Below, piece after piece: positions 12,461 through 27,457 of a stretch of DNA of 64,000 nt (position 1 is its first letter; every line of letters begins with the position of its first letter). The translations under genes were made by a program, and so were the position numbers. This stretch comes from Eledone cirrhosa (lineage: Eukaryota). The notes beneath the pieces were generated by a model. It made no database searches. It saw only the letters and a program-made list of their open reading frames with translations, and had not been told where the DNA came from. Location: the NCBI GenBank assembly GCA_964016885.1, contig OZ024752.1, positions 34,348,001 through 34,412,000 on the forward strand, given 5' to 3'.

Positions 12461-12711
12461 GCAAGATTGACTTTTGCACGTCCAACACCAGCTCATAGTC
12501 TGTTTAGACATTTCCACACTGCATAGTTTACATCTGCTCCAGGGGACAGTGCCTCGATCGCCTTTAGCTCCATTGTTGTTACAGAGGGGGGGGGGGGTTA
12601 AGCTTTTCTTCCCAGCGAGTGACTCTTTCGCTACTAATGCTTGATGCTGGATTTAAGGTGACACAACCAATTTACTATCATGGCGGTAAATTGTATAAAG
12701 AAATTAGAGAA

Positions 12712-12881
12712 ATAACTGTTTCTACTTTAGGCACAAGACCAGCAATTACCCAGTACATTACTGGTACTTTATTTTATCGACCCCGTAAGGATGAAAGGCA
12801 AAGTTAACTTTGGCGGGATTTGAACTCAGACCGTAAAGGGACGTAACTATGCTAGAAAGCATGGCGTCCAACCCTCTACCG
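12712..12881 (-). mobile_element. tRNA-derived SINE, 5'-truncated
   Basis: Main family sequence. Confidence 0.8.
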
Positions 12882-13049
12882 AACATATGTACATACATAT
12901 ATATATACATACTACTGACATTAGATAGTGCCGAGTGTGAAATAAAATATCCAACAGAATATACGAGAATGAAATATATACAACTAAGACATTTACAACA
13001 CATTTTTAGAGATTTGATACTGTCAATTGATGTTTGTTTTATTTCTCTA

Positions 13050-13243
13050 ATAATTGTTTCTGTTTTTGGCACAAGGCCAGCAATTATCTCAGTGCATTAC
13101 TGGTACTTTATTTTATCGACCCCGTAAGGACGAAAGGCAAAGTTAACCTCGGCGGGATTTGAACTCAGAATGGCAAGGACCGTAACTCTATGCGTCAAAG
13201 CATGGCGCCCGACCCTCTACCGATACTGCCAATCCACCGCCCT
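13050..13243 (-). mobile_element. tRNA-derived SINE with target-site duplication
   Basis: Full copy flanked by ttatttctctaataat on both sides. Confidence 0.88.
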
Positions 13244-13384
13244 TATTTCTCTAATAATATTTCTTCTTCTGAGAAAAGAAAAAAAAATTCGATTTTGAAT
13301 AAAGCTATTTATTGATTTCAGACATTTGTTGAGTAAACAACGCAATAATATTGATGGGAGCCATATTGATATTAATGTAGATGG

Positions 13385-15095
<1,711 letters not shown>

Positions 15096-15517
15096 GTTGC
15101 CTTTTACGTATCTATCATCAGTCGGACGTGTCGATAGAGCCGTGTTGATACATGTAATAGATGTGATTCTGTTGTGGTGGTGAGTTGATGGATTTGTCGG
15201 TGGAGAGGGAGTTAAGACTTTCCCTAACAACGGGAACCTGTCACAATGAAAGATATCTCGAGTAATAAATAAATAACTAAAATGGCGGCCGAGTTTGTTC
15301 GGTGAATTTGCCGAGAGAAGACATAAACAGCAAATGTAGAAAAAGGAGCAGAAACTGAAGAGGAGGGAGAAAAGAAACGTTAGAAAAAGTTGAGAACAGA
15401 AAACGAAACAACAAAAAATAAGGAGTTAACAAATAGGCTGTGTTCGATATATCGGCATATAAGAATATTTTGTTACATAGACACAAGGCCAGAGATCTTT
15501 ATAGAGGTCGATGTAAA

Positions 15518-16265
15518 GGAACGATCGACTTTCGTCAAAACGGACCGAGGAAACAATGTTTCCATTGGTCTTTCCAGTTGCTAATACTATCTATCGATGG
15601 CAACTCCAGGTAGAAGGAGCAACGTGAAATAAAGTGTCTTGCTCAAGGACATACGCATCCCCCGGTGAATGTTTAGTAAATCAGTTCGACCATAACCCTC
15701 CCCCCAGTTGTTGATCTTGTGCCTATATTAGATACTATTATTAGAAATTGGATTGGCAGTATTGGTAGAGGGTCGGACGCCGTGCTTTGCAGCAAAGAGT
15801 TACGTCCCTTTATGGTCTGAGTTCAAATCCCGCCGAGGTTAACTTTGCCTTTCATCCTTACGGGGACGATAAAATAAAGTACCAGTAATACACTGGGTAA
15901 TTGCTGGCCTTGTGCCAAAAGTAGAAATCATTATTATAATTATTTCTGATTGGCAGTATCGGTAGAGGGTCAGACACCATGCTTTGCAGCATAGAGTTAC
16001 GGTCCTTTTACTTTGCCTTTCATCTTTATGGGGTCGATAAAATAAGTACCAGTAATGTACTGGCATCTTGTACACTCAGTCGCTTCATGTCACGGAAACC
16101 TGGATAAACACCAGCCTGATGAGACTCCTGGCTCGAAACCAACTTTAACCTTGCGATGGACTGGTGTCCTGTCCAGGGGAGAGTCTTGTACTCTCAGTTA
16201 TTTAACATTACGGAAGCCGGAATAAGATCCGGCCTCATGAGCATCCGGGCTCAAGACAGACTTTA
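15518..16265. mobile_element. Cluster of SINE fragments from three families
   Basis: CORE-like SINE (minus, ~15518-15660), main family copies (+, ~15748-16062), V-domain-like cttgcgatggactggtgtcctgtccagggg tail (~16148-16265). Confidence 0.72.
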
Positions 16266-16998
16266 AAAGTACTACTACTTTGATCACTGGTACTTATGTC
16301 ATAAAAGAAAAAAACATGCTAAAGGTGCCACATGGTGTATTTGAACCCAGATTTGGATAAGGTCTCTGTAGTAATTATAATTATTACATGACCAGAAGGT
16401 TGTGGTGTTAAAACCGGGGGATGTATTAAGTCTATCACCTAAGTAGGTCACGGTGGAATTTGAACAGCTACAAGTAGGTCATCGCTGATTCAGATTCCTG
16501 AACTGTCTGTGTGCATTTTTTTCTGCTTAGTGCGTGTTTTACCCCACGTTTTGTCATACTGATAGAATTTATCTAGAAACATCGATTCAAGATAAAAAGA
16601 ATCGATTCGAAAAAAAACAAAAAGAAAAACAAAAAGAAAACACTTTTCTTCTTCTTCATCGTCTTTTTCTTCTTCTTCTCCTCCTCCTCTCCCTTCTCAC
16701 CCTCCTCCTCATTATACCCCTCCACCCACCCCTGCTAAATATGAGTCCCCCCCCCTCCCCGATGCTATTTATGCATACCTATGTATTAATTCAGCAACCC
16801 TGTAACGAAATCAATCTATATTGAGTACTGCATCCCTTTGATCTTCTACATCCGGATACAGTCATCCTTTGGAAAGGTTTTAGAGTTTAGAGTGGGGTAC
16901 GCGGCATAGGTTCTGTTTCACAGCCTATATTGCAGTGTAAGGTGAATGATGTAGACACAAGCAATTCCCCATCTACACATACATCCACTTACCTAGTT

Positions 16999-17051
<53 letters not shown>

Positions 17052-17409
17052 ATATCTATCTATCGATCAATCTATCTATTTATTTATCGATCAATCTATC
17101 TATCCATCCACCAGTCTCATGCACTCTTAGTAAATATAGTTCACGTTATGTATGTAAAATTCTCTGTCTAGAAATGTGCGTGTGTGAGAATCAAATACGC
17201 AAACACACACTCAAATACACATATAAACACACACATATGTATACAGGGTGTTTAAAAAAATTAGATATCATTTGAGATGTAAATATCATAGAAACTACCA
17301 AGTCTAGGACAATGAGACTGAGCAGGTTTAAGGTTGAGCAACGTAAGATTTATTCCTCAAAATTTATGAACATTATAACATTAATTCACAATATATTTAC
17401 CGTTGCAAA

Positions 17410-17592
17410 GGCGGTGGATTGGCAGTATCGGTAGAGGGTCGGACGCCATGCTTTCCAGCATAGTTACGTCCCTTTACGATCTGAGCTCAAATCCCGCCGA
17501 GGTTGACTTTGCCGTTCATCCTTACGGGGTCGATAAAATAACGTACCAGTAATGAACTGGTATTTGCTGGCCTTGTGCCTAAAGTAGAAACA
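17410..17592 (+). mobile_element. tRNA-derived SINE with 20-bp TSD, inside a mariner-like remnant
   Basis: aatatatttaccgttgcaaa on both sides; TA-CAGGGTGT terminus at ~17244. Confidence 0.88.
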
Positions 17593-17710
17593 AATATATT
17601 TACCGTTGCAAATAAACTGAATTTTTTTTTAGAACATTCAAGTGTTGGTTACATAGTGTAAAAAATCCAGTGTGACATCGCTATTATTTAAGTTTTTCTA
17701 CCAAATATAC

Positions 17711-17760
<50 letters not shown>

Positions 17761-19059
17761 TCATAACTAATGTGAGCATTACATGACTATTAACTACCCA
17801 AGTATATCGAATGTTAATAGAAAAAGAAAAAAATACTATTAACGTCAAATACACAAGACAGAAGTACTTTTCTGTAAAGTTATGACTGTGGTATGTTTTA
17901 TGCTTTTCTGAATAATTGATCTGCACACTTATTTAAAGGTATGAAAGCCGCCTATCTTTGTCATTAATAAATTGGTTACATCTGTATGTTATTTGTATTT
18001 TTTAAAAATCACAAAAGTTTAACTGTTCGAGTAGCTAGCCTTTGCCTTATTAGGATTTTGCCTGCTAAAACCTACTTCTAACTAGGGGTACTAGGTTCTA
18101 AAACCAGCCCGGGATTCCGGGTAACACCGATTATAAGATTACTGACCGCCAGAAGTGTATTTTTAAAGCTCAGTTAAAACAACCTCCATTTTCGTTTCAA
18201 TCTTTGTGCAGCAGTTATAACCTCATTTTTTTTTCGTAACATTTTTCAGCTGTGTTGTGTATTTTTTTTATTTATTACTCAGTTCAGCAGTTCAACCAGC
18301 GCCGGGCGTTGCCCAATTGACCGTGTATGGCTAGTCCACCCCAGCCTCTAGTCTATTGTAAATTCTCGCATCCCCCTCCTCACGAAACATTCGTCTAGAA
18401 TTCACCTCTTTATCTATCTGACGGCTATGTCTTTCCCGACCTTTCTTTACACATTCCTTATTTGAGTTTCGTAGCCTAGGTAAGTAGATATTTATCGATG
18501 TTCTCCTGAAAGGTATTAAAGGATTTATAGCTGTAGGATAAGTACTTTTAATGATCTCCCTTCAAAGCTAAGATGAGAATATTATATTCAATGTGATTAT
18601 CTGAAAACCACAATTATATACACACAATATTAACCTCTCGAGTTAATAATTTCACTTTGATGTGGTTTTCTTCTTAACCCAGACGAGTGTTTAGAATTGT
18701 AATTGTATCATATAGATAGGATACATTTTAACACTTGAACATGATCAGAACTGGATTAGAATAAGTTGTTTTTTTTTTTAAATATATATTTCTATGAATG
18801 CTTAAATCTATAAAGAATGAAATACTAGATTTTCTGATATTGATAGAAATCTTAAGTGTAGCAGTAAATTGGATTTTGGAAAGAGGCGACTAAATATCGC
18901 GAACCTATCGCGACAAACGCAACAATAACTAGTATCAGCAATTGGAAAGATCAATGGAAACATTGTTACCTTGGTCCGATTTGACGAGTTCCATCCCACT
19001 CTGTAAGCGAAAGGTCTGGGATCTAGTCGATCATTCAAACAAAAAAAGGAAATGCTAGG

Positions 19060-19878
19060 AAAATTATTTTAGTGTTTTAATCTAATCCCTACGGTAGAAA
19101 ATAATTTTAGTGTTTTAATCTAATTCCTACGGTAGAAAATTATTTTAGTGTTTTAATCTAATCCCTACGGTAGAAAATTATTTTAGTGTTTTAATCTAAT
19201 CCCTACGGTAGAAAATTATTTTAGGGTCTTGATCTAATTCCTACGGTAGAAAATTATTTTAGTGTTTTAATATAATCCCTACGGTAGAAAATTATTTTAG
19301 GGTCTTGATCTAATTCCTACGGTAGAAAATTATTTTAGTGTTTTAATCTAATCCCTACGGTAGAAAATTATTTTAGGGTCTTGATCTAATTCCTACGGTA
19401 GAAAATTATTTTAGTGTTTTAATCTAATCCCTACGGTAGAAAATTATTTTAGGGTCTTGATCTAATTCCTACGGTAGAAAATTATTTTAGTGTTTTAATC
19501 TAATCCCTACGGTAGAAAATTATTTTAGGGTCTTGATCTAATTCCTACGGTAGAAAATTATTTTAGTGTTTTAATCTAATCCCTACGGTAGAAAATTATT
19601 TTAGGGTCTTGATCTAATTCCTACGGTAGAAAATTATTTTAGTGTTTTAATCTAATCCCTACGGTAGAAAATTATTTTAGGGTCTTGATCTAATTCCTAC
19701 GGTAGAAAATTATTTTAGTCTTTTAATCTAATCCCTACGGTAGAAAATTATTTTACGGTCTTGATCTAATTCCTACGGTAGAAAATTATTTTAGGGTCTT
19801 AATTTAATCTCTACAGTAGAAAATAATTTTTGGGCCTTAATTTAACCCCTAGGGTAGAAAATAATTTTAGGGTTTTAA
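19060..19878. repeat. 38-bp satellite, ~21 copies, with 76-bp dimeric order
   Basis: Monomers alternate gtgttttaatctaatccc and gggtcttgatctaattcc. Confidence 0.92.
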
Positions 19879-21235
19879 GGTAGAACTAATCAATAATCTC
19901 ACGAGTTTCAACAAAGTCGCTTCTCTACAAATTGTTCCTTCGCACTCGTTTATCAAACAGCGACCCGTAGATTCTTGTAAGATCTTCCTGTAAGAGTCAT
20001 TTTTATTCGTTCTTTTATCTGCCAAAATAATATTCTCTGTCTTTCTTTATATCTCATGATAAACTCAATTCTTCACCTGTTTCTACAAAATTTCTCATCT
20101 TTTTACTCCTACAACATAGATTACTATTTATTATCTGTCTATTCTTCTTCTTCCATACTTTCTAAATGTTCTTCTTTTGCACTATTCAGCTTCACCAATT
20201 CCTACACTTACAGATGTTCTTTCCATATAATCTACCCTTTTATATTTCTACTACTACTGCTGCTACTTCTTAAATCACACAAATCTACGTTTTTCTCTCA
20301 CAATTTATCATTTATCTTCTGCTTGCCGGAACAAATGAACATCGGTCGGCTGTCGGCCAATATTCACTTACTTCTAGACTAAACAAGATATATTTTCAAT
20401 GTTATGGACATCAGCCGAATTTATCCAGTGCTAGAAATATATTTACGTCTGAGGGCCCCCGCCCAGGCCGCCCTCATACAGAACAGACAAGCAGACAATA
20501 GAAATAACAATGGTTATTCTTATTATTGTTTGTCTGAAATATTTCATTGCGTGTTTTATTATCGAATTCCTCTTTTTAGCCCCCGTTCTGCTAGCATGTA
20601 TTACTCACGCTAAGGCGGGGGAATTGGCTGAATCGTTAGAACGTCAGATAGAATACTTTGTGGCATTAGTTTCGCCTCGCTACTTTCTGAGTTCAAATCC
20701 CACCGAGGTGAACTTTGCCTTTCATTCATTCAAAGTCGAGAAAAAGGACCAGTCAAGTACTGGGGTCGATTCATCCTCTATATCTCTTTCTTACTTTCAT
20801 TTTTTTCTATCATTCTCTATATTTCTCTGGAAAAAATCTGATGAATTCAGACGTGGAGAGGAGATGGACTCCACCAGATTATAAAAATGTCCTAGAAATG
20901 CCGTGTATCAATACTGCACCCTCACAACACCCCCAGGAGTTACGAGACCATGCATGCATTACTCACACATAGCTGTTAACCTTATTCTTAACACCAAAAC
21001 AGTAGAAGAGAGATGGTCAATGGTCATTTAGAAAAGTTATGGTACTAACACCATTCCACAGGGTGTTGTTCGAATTCTCTGTACGACTTCAAGCTATTTT
21101 TGGCTTTGAAAATACAATTAATTTCATGTTGCCTGTTACCGGTGATCGAATATGAACAAAACTAACGGTCTTTTTTATTATTAACTTTTATTTAAAAAAT
21201 ACCGTTACTTTTGTCGCACTCTATATATATATATA

Positions 21236-21441
21236 TAGGAACGAGTAGGACCCCGACGGCTGAGCTCAAGCCGTTTCGACGGCTAATTCTGGACTGTATT
21301 CTAGTCTAGAATTAGCCGTCGAAACGGCTTGAGCTCAGCCGTCGGGGTCCTACTCGTTCCTATTACCTACACTACTACCCTAAGTATTGAGTACTTTGGT
21401 GCGTTATGGTCCACCTGGGTCCTTACCACATTTCCTTCGTT
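21236..21441 (+). mobile_element. Penelope-like terminal fragment with fold-back inversion in (TA)n
   Basis: ~125-bp palindrome, then a tail shared with 22489, 24075, 57400 and 59428; holds the 3' half of the hammerhead seen complete at 57888-57983. Confidence 0.7.
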
Positions 21442-21649
21442 ATATATATATATATTTATATATATATTTTAGGATCGATCGACTTTCGTCAAATCGGACC
21501 GAGGAAACAATGTTTCCGTTGGTCTTTCCCGTTGCTAATACTACCTATCGGTCGCAACTCTAGGTAGAAAGAGCAACGTTAAATAAAGTGTCCAGGAATG
21601 GAACTCACAACCTCAACAATTCTCTAACTACTCAACTACACGCTTTCAC

Positions 21650-21719
<70 letters not shown>

Positions 21720-21735
21720 AAATATATATATATAC

Positions 21736-21933
21736 AGGAAAAGAGTCAGGACCCCGACGGCTGAGCTCCGGCCGTTTCGACAGATAGATCCGAACTGTTC
21801 GGATATAGCTGTCGAAACGGCTGGAGCTCAGTCGTCGGGGTCCTGACTCTTTTCCTATTACCCACTCTACTACCCTAAGTATTGAGTACTCTGGTGCGTT
21901 ATGGTCCACCTGGTATCTTACCACACCTGCTTT

Positions 21934-21937
<4 letters not shown>
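21736..21937 (+). mobile_element. Penelope-like terminal fragment (sister subfamily) with fold-back inversion
   Basis: Palindrome centred on ccgaactgttcgg; relatives at ~29600-29690 and 54391-54593; all between TA runs. Confidence 0.68.
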
Positions 21938-22017
<80 letters not shown>

Positions 22018-22108
22018 TCAGTTAAAGTTGTTTTGGTAAAAAAGTAAGCATGAAATAATTATAATGAATAAACGAATTATGTAATCTCAGCATCTTTCTT
22101 AATGCTAT

Positions 22109-22152
<44 letters not shown>

Positions 22153-22241
22153 ATAATAATAAATTTGAAGACTAAGATCCAAAGAGGGCTCGATAAGGAT
22201 AAATATATATCAAATATATAAGAACCGTAGAGCAAATTTTA

Positions 22242-22287
<46 letters not shown>

Positions 22288-22452
22288 TAAAAAACGAAAA
22301 ATCAGTGATGCATCTGGACTCAGTTTATTGCGTGTTACAATTGTTTCGCCGGCAGGTAGCTCGAGACATGATCACTGTATGGATCTGGCTGATTCTACGG
22401 CTGATTCTTGGCATACCGCCTATGGAAGCAACATAGCTACCATTATACACAC

Positions 22453-22490
<38 letters not shown>

Positions 22491-22605
22491 CGAAGGAAAT
22501 GTGGTAAGGAACTAGAATTAGCCGTCGAAACGGCTTGAGCTCAGCCGTCGGGGTCCTACTCGTTCCTATATATATATATATATATATATACACGTACTAT
22601 TTTTG

Positions 22606-22787
22606 GTGAAGGCGTGTGGTTGAGTGGTTAGATTCCTTCCTGGACCGGGCGATGTGTTATGTCCTTGAGCAAGACACTTTATTTCACGTTGCGCCTTCTA
22701 CCTGAAGTTGCGACCGATAGATAGTATTATCAATTGGAAAGACCAACGGAAACATTGTTTCCTCGGTTAGATTTGACGAAAGTCGAT
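22606..22787 (+). mobile_element. CORE-like SINE
   Basis: tRNA-like head, gtccttgagcaagacacttta motif, tail ending gacgaaagtcgat; minus-strand copies at ~15518, ~21472 and ~27298. Confidence 0.72.
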
Positions 22788-23169
22788 ATATATATATATA
22801 TGTACGTACTAAGGTTGTTTAAATGGATTGTGTCCTTCCATAAAATGGATGACATTGAGCCAAAGTTTGAAATCCTTATTATTTATTTTCTTCTTCTTGT
22901 CGATAATTCCGACATCTTAGCAGAATCTAACTCTGATCTGAAAGAACTAGGCCGGTCAGATGTTACTCGGAGCTTTAAGGGTCCTTAAGAAAGTGATAAC
23001 ATCTCATTTAAGTCAATTCACATATACTCTAATGACAGCTACAAGTGTATTACAAATAAATTCACTGATATAACTATCACATTTCAAGATATTGTTATCG
23101 AGCGGAGTAGCTTTGAAGAAGACTTCCTAGAACGTATGTTATACACACATGTAGCTATGTAGCTGTAGT

Positions 23170-23358
23170 AATAATTGTTTCTACTTTAGGCACAAGGCCA
23201 GCAATTATCTCAGTGCATTACTGGTACTTTATTCTATCGATCCCGTAAGGATGAAAGGCAAAGTTAACCTTGGTGGGATTTGAACACAGAACGCAAAGGG
23301 CCACAACTCTATGCTGCAAAGCATGGCGTCTGACGCTCTACTGATACTTCCAATCCAC
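23170..23358 (-). mobile_element. tRNA-derived SINE
   Basis: Main family sequence. Confidence 0.82.
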
Positions 23359-23586
23359 AATACTGCTTTGAAAGCAAACATTGTAATACATCAATTGTTG
23401 ATTGTAATTCTCTTGTCTTGTTCACCTGTTATAATACGTCTGTACGAAAGAAATGTAATATAATTAGATGACAAGGCGCTCCAATGTAAATCTCCATCTT
23501 AAAACTTTGTTGGATGTAATAATATATGTAGCCAATCTTTTGGACTTTTAAGCACTGAGAATACACAGAGCGAGAGAGAGAGAGAA

Positions 23587-23663
<77 letters not shown>

Positions 23664-23893
23664 TTTATCATAAGTACAGATTAAAGTTTAAGCAAAGAAT
23701 CGCTGCTTTCACCCTTTTACGGGATCTTCAGAAACTGAGAAAAATCATTATTACTATATATATATATATATATATATTTCTCTCTCTCTCTCTCTCTCTC
23801 TATTATATATATATATATATATATATAAAAACATGAGAAGAAAGAAGAATACTGCGTGGTTTGCACATGGGTTACATATGATAAAAATAGTCC

Positions 23894-23964
23894 TTCGTCA
23901 GTGATTTTCCAACCATCATTGGTATTTCATCGCATTAAAAATCAGATACCTCAGGTTGGTGCGA
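23894..23964 (-). ncRNA. Candidate strand-reordered (pseudoknotted) hammerhead ribozyme, copy Y
   Basis: Minus strand: TCGCA CCAACC TGA GGTA TC^TGATTTT TAA TGCGA T GAAA TACC AAT GAT GGTTGG AAAATCA CTGACGA A; all helices pair; lies in a TA-flanked element at 23827-24045. Confidence 0.62.
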
Positions 23965-24041
23965 GCAATAACTAAAAAAAGTTATTGGGACCAGTAATCG
24001 CGTAAAGCGAGGGGGACAAGTGAACAACATAGAAGGATAAA

Positions 24042-24077
<36 letters not shown>

Positions 24078-24214
24078 AACAAGTAAGACCCCGTCGAAAC
24101 GGCTTGAGCTCAGCCGTCGGGGTCTTACTTGTTCCTATTACCCACTCTACTACTCTAAGTATTGAGTACTTTGGTGCGTTATGGTCCACCTGGTTCCTTA
24201 CCACATTTCCTTCG

Positions 24215-24311
<97 letters not shown>

Positions 24312-24634
24312 TAAGTTTGAAGAATAGTCAGACAAAATCTATCCAATTCTTTTCCTAATTAGTCCGTAGAAATTAAGTAGATAAATAATCATTTAAACGG
24401 AGCTAAGTTTAAAATGTAACTTTGAAGAAATAACAGATACATGTTGTCGATATTCCTCTATGAGGAACAGACAGATTAAATTTACCTAGTCTTTTCTCTT
24501 AGTCCGTAGAAATTAACTAGAAAAATAATCAATGAAACGGAGTTAAGTTTAAAATCTAAGTTTGAAGAAAAAAATAGAAAAAACCTTACCAATATATATA
24601 CAATATACATTTTATTAAGACTACATAGTGAGTC

Positions 24635-24680
24635 TTGTTACTCTGGAGTTTCGCCTGTTTATCACAGGATCATCAGACAA
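24635..24680 (-). ncRNA. Type I hammerhead ribozyme (PLE minimal type)
   Basis: ttgt CTGATGA t CCTGT gataa ACAGG c GAAA CTC ca GAG TA^acaa. Confidence 0.72.
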
Positions 24681-25055
24681 TAACAAGGTCTGAATTCAGC
24701 AGATTTCTTTTAGATAAGGAGAGAGAGAGAGTTTTAATAGTCTCTCTATGACCTTTTCAGCCCACTCCCGTAAAATAGAAATCTATTACGGTGGATACCT
24801 TGAGAAAAGAAAACGAAAAACAAGAAGAAGAAAAAATGATTAATACGCTAAGGTGAAAATTTGGACTTGAAATCTGTTGTTGCAAATTATCAATCGAAGC
24901 GATGTCACCACTGTGCTAACTCGACTAACCAGCTCCAACATACCTAACTGAAATGGGGTACCAGAAATAAAAGCGACTGACATACATGCTTACAATTTAC
25001 GTACACACACGCAAATACCAACAGACATACTACTGTAGTGGAGGATGGTGAAAGT

Positions 25056-25127
<72 letters not shown>

Positions 25128-26112
25128 CTCTCTTTCTCTCTCTCTCTCACACACACACTCTCTCTTACCCACACACACACACTCTCTCTCTCACACACAC
25201 ACTCTCTCTTACTCACACACACACACTCTCTCTTACTCACACACACACACTCTCTCTATCTCTCTCCCACTCACACACACTCTCTCTGTCAGTTACACTC
25301 ACTCTCTCTCTTACACACACACACACACTCTCTCTCTCTCTCTCCCACTCACACACACCCTCTCTCTCTCACACACACCCTCTCTCTTACACACACTCAC
25401 ACACACTCTCTCTCTCACACACCCACACACACACACACACCCTCTCTCTTACACACACACACACACTCTCTCTTACACACACACACACACTCTCTCTTAC
25501 ACACACACACACTCTCTCTCTCTCACACACACTCTCCTCTCTGCTAGATAAATACAAACAGTATGTTTGGTATTGCTGTTATTTATTCAACAGCAATATA
25601 TTATAAAAGGTGACTGGAATTCGGAAAGACTCAATTACGAGATATTTCTCATTCAGGTATTAAAAAGAAAGAAATAAAACAACTAAAACAACCACCACAA
25701 CAACTAAAACAACCACCACAACAACAATAACAACCACCGCAGCAACAACAACAGCAACAAGAATACCAAAGAACGATATGATTATAAAGGGACAGACATT
25801 GATGCATCATAAACTGTCCAGTGAAAATAAAAGAAAGGAAAAAGGAATACTGATATTAAAGCATTCTTGAGATAACTGACCTTGACCTTAACTGTTGGTC
25901 TTTCATTGAAAAAAGGTCAATTGTCAAGTCTAACGAAGATGAATCGAAATATCTTGCATTCTATTTCCTTCTTAGCCACCATTTTGTTTTGTTTTGTTTT
26001 GTTTTGTGACGGGCTGTGAGAGGTAGAAGTAGGGTGGGGGTGATATTGCTTGTGTGGGTTGGTAACAACAGTTAGACCCCCTTTCTATTAGAATGTTCGA
26101 GTCTTAGAGAAT

Positions 26113-26149
<37 letters not shown>

Positions 26150-26251
26150 GAAGAAGAGAAGGGAAAGGGGTAGAGATAGAGAGAGAGAAGAAGGAAGATA
26201 GAGAGAGAGAGAGAAGAGGAAGAGATAGAGAAAGAGAAGGGTGGGTGAGAG

Positions 26252-26291
<40 letters not shown>

Positions 26292-26460
26292 GGAAGAGAT
26301 AGAGAGGAAAGAGAAAGAGGAAGAAAGAAAGAGAAAGGGTTGGAGAGAGAGAGAAAGGGAGCAGAGAGGAGGGGTATACAAATTGTATATGAGTGTGTTT
26401 GCTGATAAGAGGTAGTTTTGATTATATATGAGTGTGTGTGGTTACTATGTGTGTATGTGT

Positions 26461-26491
<31 letters not shown>

Positions 26492-26639
26492 GTTACTATG
26501 TGTGTATGTGTGAGTGTGTGTATGTGTGTGTGTATGTGTGTGTGTGATTATTATGTAGATGAACAGAAGAGAGAGTGTGAGTTTGTGTTTTAGTTAGCAT
26601 GGTTTTGTTTTTATTTATATTTTTGTGTGTGTGTGTGTC

Positions 26640-27192
26640 TGTGTATGTATATGTGTAAGTATGCTTGTATGTGTATGTATATGTGTAAGTATGCTTATGT
26701 GTGTATGTATATGTGTAAGTATGCTTGTGTGTGTGTATGTATATGTGTAAGTATGCCTCTGTGTGTTTGTATATGTGTAAGTATGCTTGTATGTGTATGT
26801 ATATGTGTAAGTATGCTTGTGTGTGTATGTATATGTGTAAGTATGCTTGTGTGTGTATGTATATGTGTAAATATGCTTGTGTGTGTATGTATATGTGTAA
26901 GTATGCCTCTGTGTGTATGTATATGTGTAAGTATGCTTGTATGTGTATGTATATGTCTAAGTATGCTTGTGTGTGTATGTATATGTGTAAGTATGCTTGT
27001 GTGTGTATGTATATGTGTAAGTATGCTTGTGTGTGTATGTATATGTGTAAGTATGCCTCTGTGTGTTTGTATATGTGTAAGTATGCCTCTGTGTGTATGT
27101 ATATGTGTAAGTATGCTTGTATGTGTATGTATATGTGTAAGTATGCTTGTGTGTGTATGTATGCCTCTGTGTGTTTGTATATGTGTAAGTAT
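26640..27192. repeat. 30-bp minisatellite, ~18 copies
   Basis: (gtgtgtatgtatatgtgtaagtatgcttgt)n. Confidence 0.9.
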
Positions 27193-27297
27193 GAGTGAGT
27201 GAGAATATGCACGAAATTGAAAGTGTGTTTGTGTGAATGCGTATACTTGTATACTTCTGCATAGTGTGAGCTGAATGATATATATATATATATATAA

Positions 27298-27457
27298 AAG
27301 GAACGATCGACTTTCGCCAAATCGGACCGAGGGGACAATGTTTCCGTTGGTCTTTCCAATTGCTAATACTATCTATCGGTCGCAACTCCAGGTAGAAGGA
27401 GCAACGTGAAATAAAGTGTCTTGCTCAAGGGCATAACGCATCGCCTGGTCCAGGAAT
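27298..27457 (-). mobile_element. CORE-like SINE, truncated at the LINE junction
   Basis: Reverse complement of the 22606 family. Confidence 0.75.

Noticed and set aside
16112-16145. CTGATGAG..CTCGAAAC hammerhead-like core
   Set aside because: No stem III or NUH/stem I partner; it is a variant of the SINE tail also seen at ~16235 and ~55340.
17410-17500. tRNA genes at SINE heads
   Set aside because: A and B boxes are present but no cloverleaf; always followed by SINE body and tail.
22305-22440. Partial hammerhead (CGAAACAATTGTA on minus), also ~47000
   Set aside because: Only the GAAA/stem III half is recognisable; the CUGANGA strand is missing or decayed.
27421-27457. N-terminus of the 237-aa RT ORF
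   Set aside because: These codons come from an antisense SINE; LINE homology starts at ~27458.
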